Below are positions 17,801 through 27,018 of a DNA stretch of 64,000 bases, one piece after another (position 1 is the first letter of the stretch; every line of letters begins with the position of its first letter). Origin of the DNA: Chthonomonas sp. (GTDB lineage: Bacteria > Armatimonadota > Fimbriimonadia > Fimbriimonadales > Fimbriimonadaceae); the NCBI GenBank assembly GCA_043754215.1, contig JAYUVF010000002.1, positions 42,317 to 106,316 of the forward strand, given 5' to 3'. Position numbers and translations under genes: made by a program. Under the pieces are notes generated by a model, which saw only the letters and a program-made list of their open reading frames with translations, searched no databases and was not told the DNA's origin.

Positions 17801-19693
17801 GATCGTGCCCGTGCCGCTAACGATGCCGGAGAAATCAAACGACCCGGTGACCGACGTGGGGCTACCGACGGTGAAATTGCCGGATCCGGCTACGGAGCCA
17901 AGAGTGGAAGATAGACCCGAATTGGACTCGAATGTGCTGCCGATCAAGTTAATACGCGGTGACCCGGCCAGCTGTGCTCCGGGCGCGAGTCGGATGGTGG
18001 CCGACTCTGCGGCTGCATTACCAGGAGAAAACGTGGATCCGGATTGAAAAAGGTAAGTGCCGTAGGTGCCAAGGAAATTCCCGGTCCCCGCTAAGCTAGA
18101 GCCATTATTAAAAGTTGCCCCATTGAAAAGATTCAAGGTGCCGTTCGGCCCGAGGTTGAAATCACCAGTGTGACCGCCTGAGATTGAGGTGTCGATGCGT
18201 AGTGTGCCGGAATTGGCGTTGACCGTGCCTACGTTATTAAAGACAACCCCTGCATACCTGGCAACGCCGTTGCCCGCATTCCGATTCAAAGTACCGTTGT
18301 TCTGAATGGTGCCGGTGGAGCCCCATTCGCCATCGGCGCTGACGTTCCATGTGCCGCCGTTGGTGAAAGTACCCAGTGAAAAGACGGCTCCCGCCGTCCA
18401 CGAACTCGTATTTTGTTGTGTGACATCCCGCCTGATGTCCTTGGTACCGGCTGTGGTGAGTTGCAAGCCGCCTTGGGCGGTCATCGAGGCGCCCGGAAGA
18501 ATCTGGCCACCAGTGTATTCGGCTGAACCGCCAACCCACACCCCAGCAGGCCCTTGAATTGTGCCGCCAAAGCTGAGGTTTCCCGCCACCACGATCGGCG
18601 TGTTCGCGGTGAGAATTGAGCCATATCCCGTGATGGAGGCGAAGTAGAGTTCGCTAGCGTTCTGCACGACTGAGCTAGAGGTGAGGGCGACGCTCGGATT
18701 GAAAGTAGAGACGGAACCTGGTTCAAAGATGAAGGAGCCGCTTTGGCCCTGCAATCGGACGGCGCCGACGGTAGCCCCAGAACTCCAAGTCACCGTGCCG
18801 GCGTCAGCAAAGAGTGTTCCCGCGCCATTTACTGAAGCGGAACCCAGGAGCCTTGTATTGCCTTTCAGGCGCAACGTGGCGCCCGTCGAGATGTCAAAGT
18901 CGCCGCTTTGGCCAGCGATGGGACTGGATTCGAGAGTTAAGGTGCCAGATTGGACGTTCACCTGGCCCTGGTTAGTGAACTGACCGGTCGTAAACCGACT
19001 GTCGTTCGTACCCGATTTCGTGAGCGTGCCGAGGTTAGTCCATGGAGTATTCCACCATTCCACGCCGCCGGTGACTTGCATCGAGCCGAGATTGCGGAAG
19101 GGTCTTTGGTCGTCGTTGTAAATCGTTCCCGATTCCCAAGTTGAGTTGCCGCTGGCGTCGACCGCTTTACGAATCGTACTGGTGGTTGGGTTGATACGGA
19201 TTCCGCCGTTTGCTTGGAGGATTCCCGTGCCGCTGAGGGTACCGCCCGAGATGCTGGTTAAACCGCTGACCGTAATGTTGCCCGACCCTTCAAAGGTTGA
19301 GCCGGTCATGGTGAAATTGCCAGTGATCGTGCTGGTGCCGCTCGCCACGGAGAGGTAGCCGTTGCTGCCGAGCGTAAGGTTAGAGCGGGTGAAAAAGCGG
19401 TTCGCGACGATCCAGTTGTTGACCGTGACGGGCATGCTCAATGGAGCGGAGGCAGTGGGAAAGTTGGTGGAGTTGACGTGCACGTCTTGGGCTCCGCTTG
19501 TCCCAGTCGGGGGAACGCCCGTGGACCAATTGGTCGAGGTTCCCGTGGAACCGCCCACTGGATTGATCCAGATGAATTGGCCTTGAGACGATGCGGCGAT
19601 CAGCATCGCAAGGAGAGCGACACTAATCGGTTTGGTGTTGCTTGAGGACTCAGTTAGGGAAAGCATGGGGACGACGCAAAGACCAGGAAACAT
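14861..19693 (-). CDS. Giant secreted beta-helix/adhesin-like repeat protein with C-terminal twin dockerin cassette
   Basis: 1610-aa G/T/S/N-rich ORF with at least five ~220-260-aa super-repeats and a signal peptide (start may be Met at 19666). It ends NGDADGSGEVDAADIDLVISGFG...NSHEVDAADIDIVIGNFGAVGD. Confidence 0.85.
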   Translation of the reverse strand: MFPGLCVVPMLSLTESSSNTKPISVALLAMLIAASSQGQFIWINPVGGSTGTSTNWSTGVPPTGTSGAQDVHVNSTNFPTASAPLSMPVTVNNWIVANRFFTRSNLTLGSNGYLSVASGTSTITGNFTMTGSTFEGSGNITVSGLTSISGGTLSGTGILQANGGIRINPTTSTIRKAVDASGNSTWESGTIYNDDQRPFRNLGSMQVTGGVEWWNTPWTNLGTLTKSGTNDSRFTTGQFTNQGQVNVQSGTLTLESSPIAGQSGDFDISTGATLRLKGNTRLLGSASVNGAGTLFADAGTVTWSSGATVGAVRLQGQSGSFIFEPGSVSTFNPSVALTSSSVVQNASELYFASITGYGSILTANTPIVVAGNLSFGGTIQGPAGVWVGGSAEYTGGQILPGASMTAQGGLQLTTAGTKDIRRDVTQQNTSSWTAGAVFSLGTFTNGGTWNVSADGEWGSTGTIQNNGTLNRNAGNGVARYAGVVFNNVGTVNANSGTLRIDTSISGGHTGDFNLGPNGTLNLFNGATFNNGSSLAGTGNFLGTYGTYLFQSGSTFSPGNAAAESATIRLAPGAQLAGSPRINLIGSTFESNSGLSSTLGSVAGSGNFTVGSPTSVTGSFDFSGIVSGTGTIQVQGLTTFGSGQFQPGGRFTASGGMNISGTSTKDFQRDITFGGTSNWTGGQVFGTGGAYTNTGNFQVAGDLIWQGGAWTNTGSISKSAGNDTSLFTNLTTFSNNGTVSVASGTMEIASGGSHTGRFTTSPSTTLRLNGSHNLNGGSRVEGAGQSQVSNGTTNFQSGSTLSTELVANASTLNFNSGAVVSASSRLGLFNSSASFNTGSPLTLASVNVSNSSLTTNHPLNTTQLSTFSSGQVVGTGTMNFNGGLNLVSDAIKSFELGFTMGSDSSWTGGSINLAAGKIVQASGSFVVSSSAQWSGGIFNNLGSLRKTGGSVTRMAYPVFGESQGGAQFSNSGTVTVEGGTLQLGGWGSHFGDFTVQSGATLTFNSPAIFRSGSQTSGAGTVRFESGVSEFTSGSSFASNLVVDGADVNFLAGSSYTAPLQMQGPVTGRLNVSTGAEKLVNSLEVVNGTLTGEDNIRVTGLAELKGGTFSGTGRLILPPGSSAIINTPASKQILRPVTAQGRTQFSQGSVISTGGNWTNTGEFEFLGDLPWILGNFTNTGLVTKLLGTNTASFSPALLTNSGTIRSTSGTLAIANLGNLDRNTRRINGGTYESTGGGVLKFNDISNGLLVNNSTLKFIGPGSNLVDSSGQPLLRALQTNLGDLIVDQGANISLPAAFSNLGTLQVLEGSVTIMSPVSIGAGSVTVDGELSAPQVNISGGALRGSGVVDSTVQNNGELNAGVGIGTLTLNGNYNQSSTGLLRTEIEGTLPAAADKLQVQGNVTLGGNLVIDAPGALFIPPQTRYRILETSGTLSGTFATVPPPSVWAVIYGPNYVEVVRQGSGNVATISGRVILSQFSYANGMRQVQLSLRQGSTVVQSANVFPASNGTWSYSFQTDLTGSYQIVAGSAGFLSQAQPIAITQAGLTNINFTLVNGDADGSGEVDAADIDLVISGFGAVSGDGTYSPNIDPDNSHEVDAADIDIVIGNFGAVGD

Positions 19694-19859
19694 TTACAGG
19701 GGGCATCTACACGTTACACTAACCTAGTAAAAAAACGGCTTAAAATATTGCTGGGATTCATGGTGTTTTCGGTGTAAAGCATAAACTTTTCTAGTGAATA
19801 CATCAAAAAAGCATAAGATTCTCTAGGATTGCGTTGGCAGGTACAGTTAGTGGCACCAC

Positions 19860-21449
19860 ATGGCAGCGACGACTCCGGCTGAATCTCGACCTAACGTTTC
19901 AAGGGCGGGGGCGATCATGATGGTCAGCCTGTTTCTCAGCCGAGTCTTGGGCATTGCCCGTGACTCCATCATGACCGCGCAGTTCGGGAGGAACTCTCTC
20001 ACTGATGCCTATACCTTGGCCTTCATGATTCCGGACCTGCTTTTTTTCCTGGTTGCAGGTGGTGCGCTCAGTTCGGCCTTCATTCCAGTATTTTCCGAGT
20101 ACCTGCACACCGATAGAAAGCGGGAGGCATGGCGAGTTTTCAGTGGCGTGGCAACCATCATGTCAGCCGCCTTACTAATATTGATCACTTTGGCATGGGT
20201 GTTCACGGTTCCATTGTTGGGATTGGTCGTTAGTGCGGAACAAAAGGAAAACATTGGTCTAATTGCGGGCATGAGCCGAATCGTGTTGCCGGCGCAGTTT
20301 GCGTTCTTCATCGGTGGCCTCATGTTTGGGACGCTGTACGCTCACCAAAGATTTTCAATCCCTGGTTTAGGACCGAATATTTATAACCTAGGGATCATTA
20401 TTGGCGCTGTCGTTATTTCTCGTTACGTGGATCCTTCGATTAGCGGCATGGCGTGGGGAGCTCTGATCGGCGCGATCATCGGTAATTTGATCCTGCCCGG
20501 CCTCGAGATGAGAAAGATCGGGGTGCAGTTTCGGCCTTCGTTCGACCTATCCCATCCGGGGGTGAGGAAGGTGTTCATTTTGATGGCTCCGGTGGTGCTA
20601 GGCCTGTCTTTGCCGGGGGTTTATGGGCTGCTGATGCGCTCGTTTGGGTCGGGGTATCCGGGCGGGGTGGTGACTTCTCTAGATCTCGCGAACAAGCTGA
20701 TGCAAGCTCCATTGGGGGTGTTTGGGCAGTCATTTGCGATTGCGATTTTCCCGGCGTTGTCGCAGTTTTTTGCGCAAGAGCGGATGGACCTGTATCGTGA
20801 TCAAGTGGTCAAGACGATGCGGACGGTGATCTACATTACCGTGCCAATTTCGATCTTCATGGCGGTGCTGGCGCCGGACGTGGTGAACGCGTTGTTCGGG
20901 TACGGCAAGGGGCGCGACAGTGATCCGCAGGCGATGATTTTGAGCTTGCAACTGTTCTGTCTGGGGATACCGGCGTGGTGTCTGCACCCGATCCTGATGC
21001 GCGGGTACTTCTCGATGCAGCAGACGGTAAAGCCCATTGTTCTTGGAACCTTGACTACGGTCGTGTTCATCGGTATTTCGCTTGGGCTGATGGGGACGCC
21101 GATGAGTTACCTGGGACTGCCGCTGGCGAGTTCGATCTCGGCGATGGTGTTGGCGATCACCATGACGATCACCCTCAGTCGAGATTCCGGTGGGTTCGAA
21201 CTGCGAAAGATCATGGAGGCGCTTGACCAGTGTTTACTGGCGGGCGTCGCGATGACCGCGGCTTTGATTGGGCTGTGCCTTTTGTGGAGCCCAGGTACCG
21301 TCAACGGCGGCAACGTGGGCTCCTTTGTGCGGATTATTGGCTTCGGGCTAATCGGGGCTTGGATCTATGTGGGCATCACCAAGGCGATGAAGATGCCCGA
21401 GACGAGCACTATTGATCGTGCTTTGAACAAAGTCCGGCCTAAGCGCTGA
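19860..21449 (+). CDS. murJ: Lipid II flippase MurJ
   Basis: SRVLGIARDSIMTAQFGRNSLTDAYTLAFMIPDLLF signature in a polytopic membrane protein of 529 aa. Confidence 0.85.
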   Translation: MAATTPAESRPNVSRAGAIMMVSLFLSRVLGIARDSIMTAQFGRNSLTDAYTLAFMIPDLLFFLVAGGALSSAFIPVFSEYLHTDRKREAWRVFSGVATIMSAALLILITLAWVFTVPLLGLVVSAEQKENIGLIAGMSRIVLPAQFAFFIGGLMFGTLYAHQRFSIPGLGPNIYNLGIIIGAVVISRYVDPSISGMAWGALIGAIIGNLILPGLEMRKIGVQFRPSFDLSHPGVRKVFILMAPVVLGLSLPGVYGLLMRSFGSGYPGGVVTSLDLANKLMQAPLGVFGQSFAIAIFPALSQFFAQERMDLYRDQVVKTMRTVIYITVPISIFMAVLAPDVVNALFGYGKGRDSDPQAMILSLQLFCLGIPAWCLHPILMRGYFSMQQTVKPIVLGTLTTVVFIGISLGLMGTPMSYLGLPLASSISAMVLAITMTITLSRDSGGFELRKIMEALDQCLLAGVAMTAALIGLCLLWSPGTVNGGNVGSFVRIIGFGLIGAWIYVGITKAMKMPETSTIDRALNKVRPKR

Positions 21450-22878
21450 CGAGTTTGGCACCGCGCCGCGCGGAGATTGCATCGGAGTACATCTCAACAT
21501 ACTTTTCGGCGCTTTGAGTCCAACTAAAGTCGCTGGTCATGGCGCTCTGAACATGCGCGGACCAGGCGCCCGAGTCGGCCATTTGGGCGGAGGCTCGGCG
21601 GATGGTGTCGAACAGTTGGCGGGCGCTCTTCTGCTCAAACACAAAGCCGTTCTTGCCATCAACGATGGAGTCGGCGAGGCCGCCCGTGCTGCGGACGATG
21701 GGGAGCGTGCCGTATCGGCAGGCAATCATCTGGCCGAGACCACAAGGTTCAAAGGCGCTGGGCATCAGGAATAAATCGGAGCCGGCGTAAATGCGCTGTG
21801 CGAGGGGGGCGTCGTAACGCTCGATGAATCGAACGTGTCCAGGCCACTCCAGTTCCAGAGCTCGCAGTTGCGCGGCAGCACCAGGGTCTCCAGTTCCCAG
21901 GGCGACGAACTGAACTGGGCTGGCAAGCATGCCGTACGCTTGGCGCAGGATGAGGTCGAAGCCCTTTTGGTCGCTGAGGCGGCTGACGATGCCAAGGAGG
22001 GGAATCTTGGGGTTTTCGGGTAGGCCAAGTTCGCGCTGAAGGGCGGCTTTACACTCTGCCTTGCCCGCGGGATTTTCTGCCGAAAACTTGGCGGTCGTGA
22101 ATTCATCTGTCTCCGGATTGAAGAAGTCGTAATCGATGCCGTTGAGAATCCCACGCAGTTTGCCGAGTTCCATGAGGTCTTGCATGAGGCCCCACTGGCC
22201 CGCGCCGTACTCTTCGGTGGTGATCTCCTTCGCGTAAGTCGGGCTGACCGTGTTCACCATGTCCGCGAACACGCAAGCGGACTTGATGAAGTTGATACCG
22301 CCCCAGGTTTCGAGCTTGTCCATGGTGAATAGCTCGTCGGACAGGCCGGCTGCGGCGAGAGTGTCTTTGCCGAAATTGCCTTGATAAAGGAGGTTGTGGA
22401 TGGTGAAGACGCTGGCGGTTTTCTCCCACTTGGCCCCACCCTTCTCGCGGAGCATGACGGGGAGGAATCCGGTGTGCCAATCATTGGCGTGGATAACGTC
22501 GGGAATCCACCCTTCTGCCTCGCAGAGTTCAAGAGCGGCTTGGGCGAAGAAGAGGTAGGCGTCGCGGCCGTAGGCATAGACCTCTTCACTCTTGGTGGTG
22601 CCATCGAAAATCCCCGGAGTGTTGACCAGCCAGACCGGCGTTCCGTCCATGTCCTCTTGCCAAACATCGGCGGGGGCGGTCCAATTTGGATTCACGGGGA
22701 CGTTGAGTTTAGTGCGCACCGGTCGCTCTCCATTCACGTTCATGCCGTAAGCGGGCATGAGGACTTTCACGTCGTGACCCATCTCGGTGAGGGTTTTGGG
22801 GAGCGATCCAGCGACGTCGGCTAATCCTCCCACTTTGGCGAACGGAGCAACTTCAACAGATACAAAAAGGACTTTCAT
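21439..22878 (-). CDS. glgA: Glycogen synthase
   Basis: MKVLFVSVEVAPFAKVGGLADVAGSLPK N-terminus, 479 aa. Confidence 0.9.
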   Translation of the reverse strand: MKVLFVSVEVAPFAKVGGLADVAGSLPKTLTEMGHDVKVLMPAYGMNVNGERPVRTKLNVPVNPNWTAPADVWQEDMDGTPVWLVNTPGIFDGTTKSEEVYAYGRDAYLFFAQAALELCEAEGWIPDVIHANDWHTGFLPVMLREKGGAKWEKTASVFTIHNLLYQGNFGKDTLAAAGLSDELFTMDKLETWGGINFIKSACVFADMVNTVSPTYAKEITTEEYGAGQWGLMQDLMELGKLRGILNGIDYDFFNPETDEFTTAKFSAENPAGKAECKAALQRELGLPENPKIPLLGIVSRLSDQKGFDLILRQAYGMLASPVQFVALGTGDPGAAAQLRALELEWPGHVRFIERYDAPLAQRIYAGSDLFLMPSAFEPCGLGQMIACRYGTLPIVRSTGGLADSIVDGKNGFVFEQKSARQLFDTIRRASAQMADSGAWSAHVQSAMTSDFSWTQSAEKYVEMYSDAISARRGAKLVSA

Positions 22879-22907
22879 AGGGCGAGAGGGTTATTCCACA
22901 TAAATGC

Positions 22908-22922
22908 GGGGCCGGCGGCCCC
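22908..22922 (-). terminator. Possible terminator hairpin after the FKBP gene
   Basis: GGGGCC-GGC-GGCCCC, flanked by A/T-rich tracts on both sides. Confidence 0.35.
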
Positions 22923-22946
22923 AAATGCTAGATATAGATACGCGGG

Positions 22947-23660
22947 TTAGGCACGACCGATCTTTACAATTTCGAGGTCGAACACGAGCGTCGCGAATGG
23001 TGGGATCACCGCGCCGGCTCCCTTTTCTCCGTAGGCGAGATCGTATGGGATGGTTACGATGCGGCGCTGGCCCTGCTTCATGCCTCGGAGGCCCTGCTCG
23101 AAACCTTTGATCACTCGGTCGGTGCCGAGGGTAATGTTGAAGGTCTGGCCTCGGTCGCGGGAGCTGTCGAACTTCACGCCGTTCAGGAAAGTGCCGGTGT
23201 AGTGAATTTCGAGCTTGTCTCCATCCTTAGCGCCGAGGCCATCGCCCGCCTGCTTTTCCTGGATGGCGAGAACGGCCTTGTTGCCCTTCTTGTCCACGCG
23301 CAGAATTTGGATGTCAAAACCGAGGGTGGCGTTCGCTGGAATGGGACCGTTGCCTTCCTTGCCGTAGCCGAACGCGGGTGGAGCGAGGAGAATTCGGTGA
23401 GCGCCTTCGGTCATCCCGAGAAGCCCTTCTTGCCACGCTCTGATTACTCCGGCATCGCCGACACGGAAAGAAATCGGAGCTTTGGTCTTGGAAGAGTCGA
23501 ATTCGACACCTGATTCGTAAAGCCAGCCTCGGTATCCCGCGCTGATGACATCGCCCTTTTCGACCTTATCCTGCCCTCGCCCGGCAACAGTGTCGAGAAA
23601 CGACAGCTTGTCTGCCGGCGGGGCGGTGATCAAAAGTGAGGCGAGGGCGGCGGCTAACAT
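22947..23660 (-). CDS. FKBP-type peptidyl-prolyl cis-trans isomerase (two FKBP domains, exported)
   Basis: GDKLEIHYTGTFLNGVKFDSSRDRGQTFNITLG...VIKGFEQGL...IPPFATLVFDLEIVKI, plus an N-terminal second copy. Confidence 0.85.
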   Translation of the reverse strand: MLAAALASLLITAPPADKLSFLDTVAGRGQDKVEKGDVISAGYRGWLYESGVEFDSSKTKAPISFRVGDAGVIRAWQEGLLGMTEGAHRILLAPPAFGYGKEGNGPIPANATLGFDIQILRVDKKGNKAVLAIQEKQAGDGLGAKDGDKLEIHYTGTFLNGVKFDSSRDRGQTFNITLGTDRVIKGFEQGLRGMKQGQRRIVTIPYDLAYGEKGAGAVIPPFATLVFDLEIVKIGRA

Positions 23661-23670
23661 ACCGCGAACT

Positions 23671-24336
23671 TTACCCGCGAGCTCTCTTCTTTCGGACTAG
23701 CGCGGCGATACCAAGCCCGAGTGCGGACACTGTTGCGGGCTCTGGGACGACTTGGATGTTGTCAAACCCGGCGGCGGCGGTGACGATGGTGCCTTGGAAA
23801 CCGGGAGCGCCAGTTTGGTGGCGGAACATTACGCGGGTGACGTTCGCCATGGCGGCGTTGAAGTTTCCGTCACCGGTGACCGAGGTGAGGCCCGTGGGGC
23901 TGAACTCGAAGAAGCGGCTTGACCAGTCGGCGTTTGCGGCGATGATTTGGGCGTTGGTCGAAGTCCACATTCCGGCGAGACCATCGAAGATCACGAGGCG
24001 GATCGAGAGCTGCTGGCTGCTGAAGTTCTTGATGGAGGCCGTGAATCCGGTGGCTCCGGCGGCGAGGTAATCGCCAGTGTATCGGGGAGATTCGTTGTAG
24101 CTGGCGAGTCGATTGGGCGAGCCGGTGCTCCCAAATCCCTCAACTCGCAGGAATGGATCTGCTGCGCCACCGACTCCACCCGTACCTAGTGTAATGCCAG
24201 TGCCGCCGTTTCCGTTAGTCCACCCCTGGGTAGTGTTTGACGCAAAGGTGTCAGTCTCGAAAAGCGTTACCGCAGGGGCGATAGCGATTCCAGCTAGGAA
24301 AATGCCGCCAATCAGAAACTTGGATGGGATGCTCAT
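23671..24336 (-). CDS. PEP-CTERM sorting-domain secreted protein
   Basis: C-terminus VVPEPATVSALGLGIAALVRKKRARG. The start is set at the Met preceding the signal-like SIPSKFLIGGIFLAGIAIAPA. Confidence 0.75.
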   Translation of the reverse strand: MSIPSKFLIGGIFLAGIAIAPAVTLFETDTFASNTTQGWTNGNGGTGITLGTGGVGGAADPFLRVEGFGSTGSPNRLASYNESPRYTGDYLAAGATGFTASIKNFSSQQLSIRLVIFDGLAGMWTSTNAQIIAANADWSSRFFEFSPTGLTSVTGDGNFNAAMANVTRVMFRHQTGAPGFQGTIVTAAAGFDNIQVVPEPATVSALGLGIAALVRKKRARG

Positions 24337-24466
24337 ACCGTAAGTATAAGCTCGTTTCAGGCCAAAGGTGCCAACATCCCAGAACACCAGCATAAATGCC
24401 GGGAGACCCCTGGACCTGTGCGGCGCAACCGGTTCGAGATGGCTGCCGTAGCTCGTTCAACCGCCG

Positions 24467-24796
24467 ATGAACTTCTGGATTTTGCTCATGTTTTTGCTCT
24501 CCAATGCCGCGCTTTACGTGGTGAGCATTCCGCTGGTGCGCAAGAGGGTGAAACCGAATGGGCTGTACGGTTTCCGAACACCTAAAACTTTGAGCAGTGA
24601 GCGAATTTGGTATGCGGCGAACCGGGACTGCGGTCAGGCTCTGATGGCGAGTTCTGCGGTCGGGTCGGTGGCGCTGGTGCTTTGTTGGATCGTCGTTCGG
24701 GGGCCTGCGTTCATGTTTTGGGCGACTGTAATTTCCATGGTCAGTCTCGGGTTGGCGCTGGCCTATTCGTTCGCAAAACTCTCCCGGATGCGGTAG
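24467..24796 (+). CDS. SdpI-family small membrane protein
   Basis: KPNGLYGFRTPKTLSSERIWYAANR motif flanked by TM helices. Confidence 0.6.
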   Translation: MNFWILLMFLLSNAALYVVSIPLVRKRVKPNGLYGFRTPKTLSSERIWYAANRDCGQALMASSAVGSVALVLCWIVVRGPAFMFWATVISMVSLGLALAYSFAKLSRMR

Positions 24797-24809
24797 ATTT
24801 TCTGCTCAG

Positions 24810-25520
24810 ATGGATGTTTCAGCACTTTGGGATTTTGGTGATCCGGTGGGCTCCGAGGCGCGGTTTCGTGCGGCGATTGCGGCAAGCGAGGATCAGAATG
24901 AAGTCGGTGTGCTTTGGACGCAAGTTGCTCGTGGAATGGGACTGCAGGGGCAGTTTGCAGCGGGTCACGAGATTTTAGATGCCATAAAAACGGATTGCCC
25001 GGAAGTCGCCACCAGGGTGGCGTTGGAGCGGGGGCGGCTGGAAAATTCCTCGGGAAACCCTCAGGGGGCGGTACTTCATTTTCGGGCGGCGGTGGAACTG
25101 GCGGGTGAACTGGACGGGTTGCGGATTGACGCGTTGCACATGCTGGGGATTGCCGATTCTGAGAATTCGGAGGTTTGGAATTTACAGGCTATTGCGGAGG
25201 CTGAGGCCTCAAATCAGCCTGAGGGACGGCGGTGGTTGGGCTCGCTTTACAACAATTTGGGGTGGACGTATTTTGATCAGGGGCGGCTTGAGGAGGCGCT
25301 GGCGCAGTTCCAGATGGGGGTGGCGGAGCGGCGGAGGGGGACGAACGCCCAGGCGCTTCATATCGCTCGCTGGGCCGAGGCGCGGTGTCTGAGGGAAATG
25401 GGTCGCTTTGAGGAGGCGCTTAGCATTCAGCGGGAGCTCGCGGAAGGGCCAGAAGACAAGTACGTCCTGGAGGAATTAGCGGCTCTTCAAGCCGCGATGG
25501 GTGAACCGGGTACCTTTTGA
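24810..25520 (+). CDS. Tetratricopeptide-repeat protein
   Basis: Repeated A/L/G-rich helical pairs such as WLGSLYNNLGWTYFDQGRLEEALAQFQ. Confidence 0.55.
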   Translation: MDVSALWDFGDPVGSEARFRAAIAASEDQNEVGVLWTQVARGMGLQGQFAAGHEILDAIKTDCPEVATRVALERGRLENSSGNPQGAVLHFRAAVELAGELDGLRIDALHMLGIADSENSEVWNLQAIAEAEASNQPEGRRWLGSLYNNLGWTYFDQGRLEEALAQFQMGVAERRRGTNAQALHIARWAEARCLREMGRFEEALSIQRELAEGPEDKYVLEELAALQAAMGEPGTF

Positions 25521-26515
25521 GGGTGCCGACGAATGACCGCGTAGACGTGACGATTTTGGGGGGCGGGCCGGTTGGGCTATTCGCCTCGTTTTATGCGGGA
25601 CTGCGGCAGATGTCCGTTCGAATTATCGATTCGTTGCCGGAACTGGGGGGCCAACTGACGGCGCTTTATCCTGAAAAGTACATTTACGACATGCCCGGCT
25701 TTCCGAAGGTTTTGGCCAAGGATTTGGCCCGGGAGATGGCGGAGCAGGGCACGCAGTTTTCGCCTTCGCTTTGCCTTGAAGAGACCGCCGAGACTCTTGA
25801 AGACGATGGGGGTGAGGGCTGGACGATTGTGACGCGGGAAGGGAATCGGTATCCCACGCGCACGATCATCATTGCGGCCGGAGCGGGGGCATTTTCTCCA
25901 ACCAAGATCGGTCTTGAGAATGAAGCCGATTGGGTTTCGCGGGGGCTCCATTACGGGGTCAAGTCGAAGGCGGAATTTGAAGGGAAGAAGCTGGCGATTA
26001 TTGGGGGAGGCGATAGCGCGTTTGACTGGGCGTTAAATCTGCACGGTGTCGCGGGCAACATCACTCTGGTTCACCGGCGCGACCAATTTCGGGCGCATGA
26101 AGACACGATCGAGCGGGTGAAGGCGCTCCCGGTCGAGTTCAAACTGTGGAAGGTGGTCAAGGAGATTCATGGCGTCGGTTCCTTGACGGCAGTCACGCTG
26201 GAGGACACCCAAACGAAAGAGCTTGAGCACTTTGAATGCGACGCCGTGATCGTGAACATCGGGTTTAAAAGTAGCCTTGGGCCGATCAAGGACTGGGGGC
26301 TCGAGATCGAGAAAAACCAGATCAAAGTGGACCATGTGTTTCAGACCAATCGACCGGGGATCTTTGCCGTCGGGGATGTTTGCACGTTTGATGGAAAGCT
26401 GAAGCTCATTGCTACGGGCGTGGGTGAAGCGGCGACGGCGGTGTGCATCGCCAAGACGATGCTCGATCCCGGGGCGAAACTCTTCCCCGGGCACAGTAGC
26501 GACCGGGATAGCTAG
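25517..26515 (+). CDS. Ferredoxin-NADP+ reductase type 2 (YumC/TrxB-like flavoprotein)
   Basis: VTILGGGPVGLFASFYAGLRQMSVRIIDSLPELGGQLTALYPEKYIYDMPGFP. TTG start overlapping the upstream stop (TTGA). Confidence 0.8.
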   Translation: MRVPTNDRVDVTILGGGPVGLFASFYAGLRQMSVRIIDSLPELGGQLTALYPEKYIYDMPGFPKVLAKDLAREMAEQGTQFSPSLCLEETAETLEDDGGEGWTIVTREGNRYPTRTIIIAAGAGAFSPTKIGLENEADWVSRGLHYGVKSKAEFEGKKLAIIGGGDSAFDWALNLHGVAGNITLVHRRDQFRAHEDTIERVKALPVEFKLWKVVKEIHGVGSLTAVTLEDTQTKELEHFECDAVIVNIGFKSSLGPIKDWGLEIEKNQIKVDHVFQTNRPGIFAVGDVCTFDGKLKLIATGVGEAATAVCIAKTMLDPGAKLFPGHSSDRDS

Positions 26516-27018
26516 GGCAGCAGTCTGGAATCCCAGATGACGGGAACTGGTGACGTGCTTTTTAGCAGCGCGAAATCCGGGTGGTTTGGGTTGAGGATAG
26601 CGTTCCACTGATAGGGTCGAGCGAGCACGCCGGGGACGATGAGTATTACGGTCTCTCCTGTAGTCAACCACTGGTGACCCCACGCGGCCGTCTCGTCTGG
26701 CTTATCCCACCACTCTTTGATTTGTTCGTTTTCGAAACGGGTGGCAAGGGTCCCGACGGGAATGCCAATTTTTGTCACCTGCTGGTTCCCGATTTGTTTT
26801 GTGGTGAGGACTTGAGCCAGCTTTTCTAGCATCGCGCCTTCATAGTTGAGGCAACCGTAAATGGCCTCATCCCCCGCTTCATTCCATCGGCCAGGATACA
26901 TCGCCGCACCTTGACCGCTGAGGATCGGGTGCCTTGCATCGGCAATTCGATACACGGAATGTAGTCCCTCCAGCCGGTACGGGACCACTAGTTTGTGGTC
27001 CCGTAAAAAATTCGCCAC
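26512..27018 (-). CDS. RES-domain toxin (NAD+-targeting family)
   Basis: YRIADARHPILSGQGAAMYPGRWNEAGDEAIYGCLNYEGAMLE fits the RES pattern. It lies downstream of, and overlaps, the DUF2384 gene. Confidence 0.8.
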   Translation of the reverse strand: MANFLRDHKLVVPYRLEGLHSVYRIADARHPILSGQGAAMYPGRWNEAGDEAIYGCLNYEGAMLEKLAQVLTTKQIGNQQVTKIGIPVGTLATRFENEQIKEWWDKPDETAAWGHQWLTTGETVILIVPGVLARPYQWNAILNPNHPDFALLKSTSPVPVIWDSRLLP

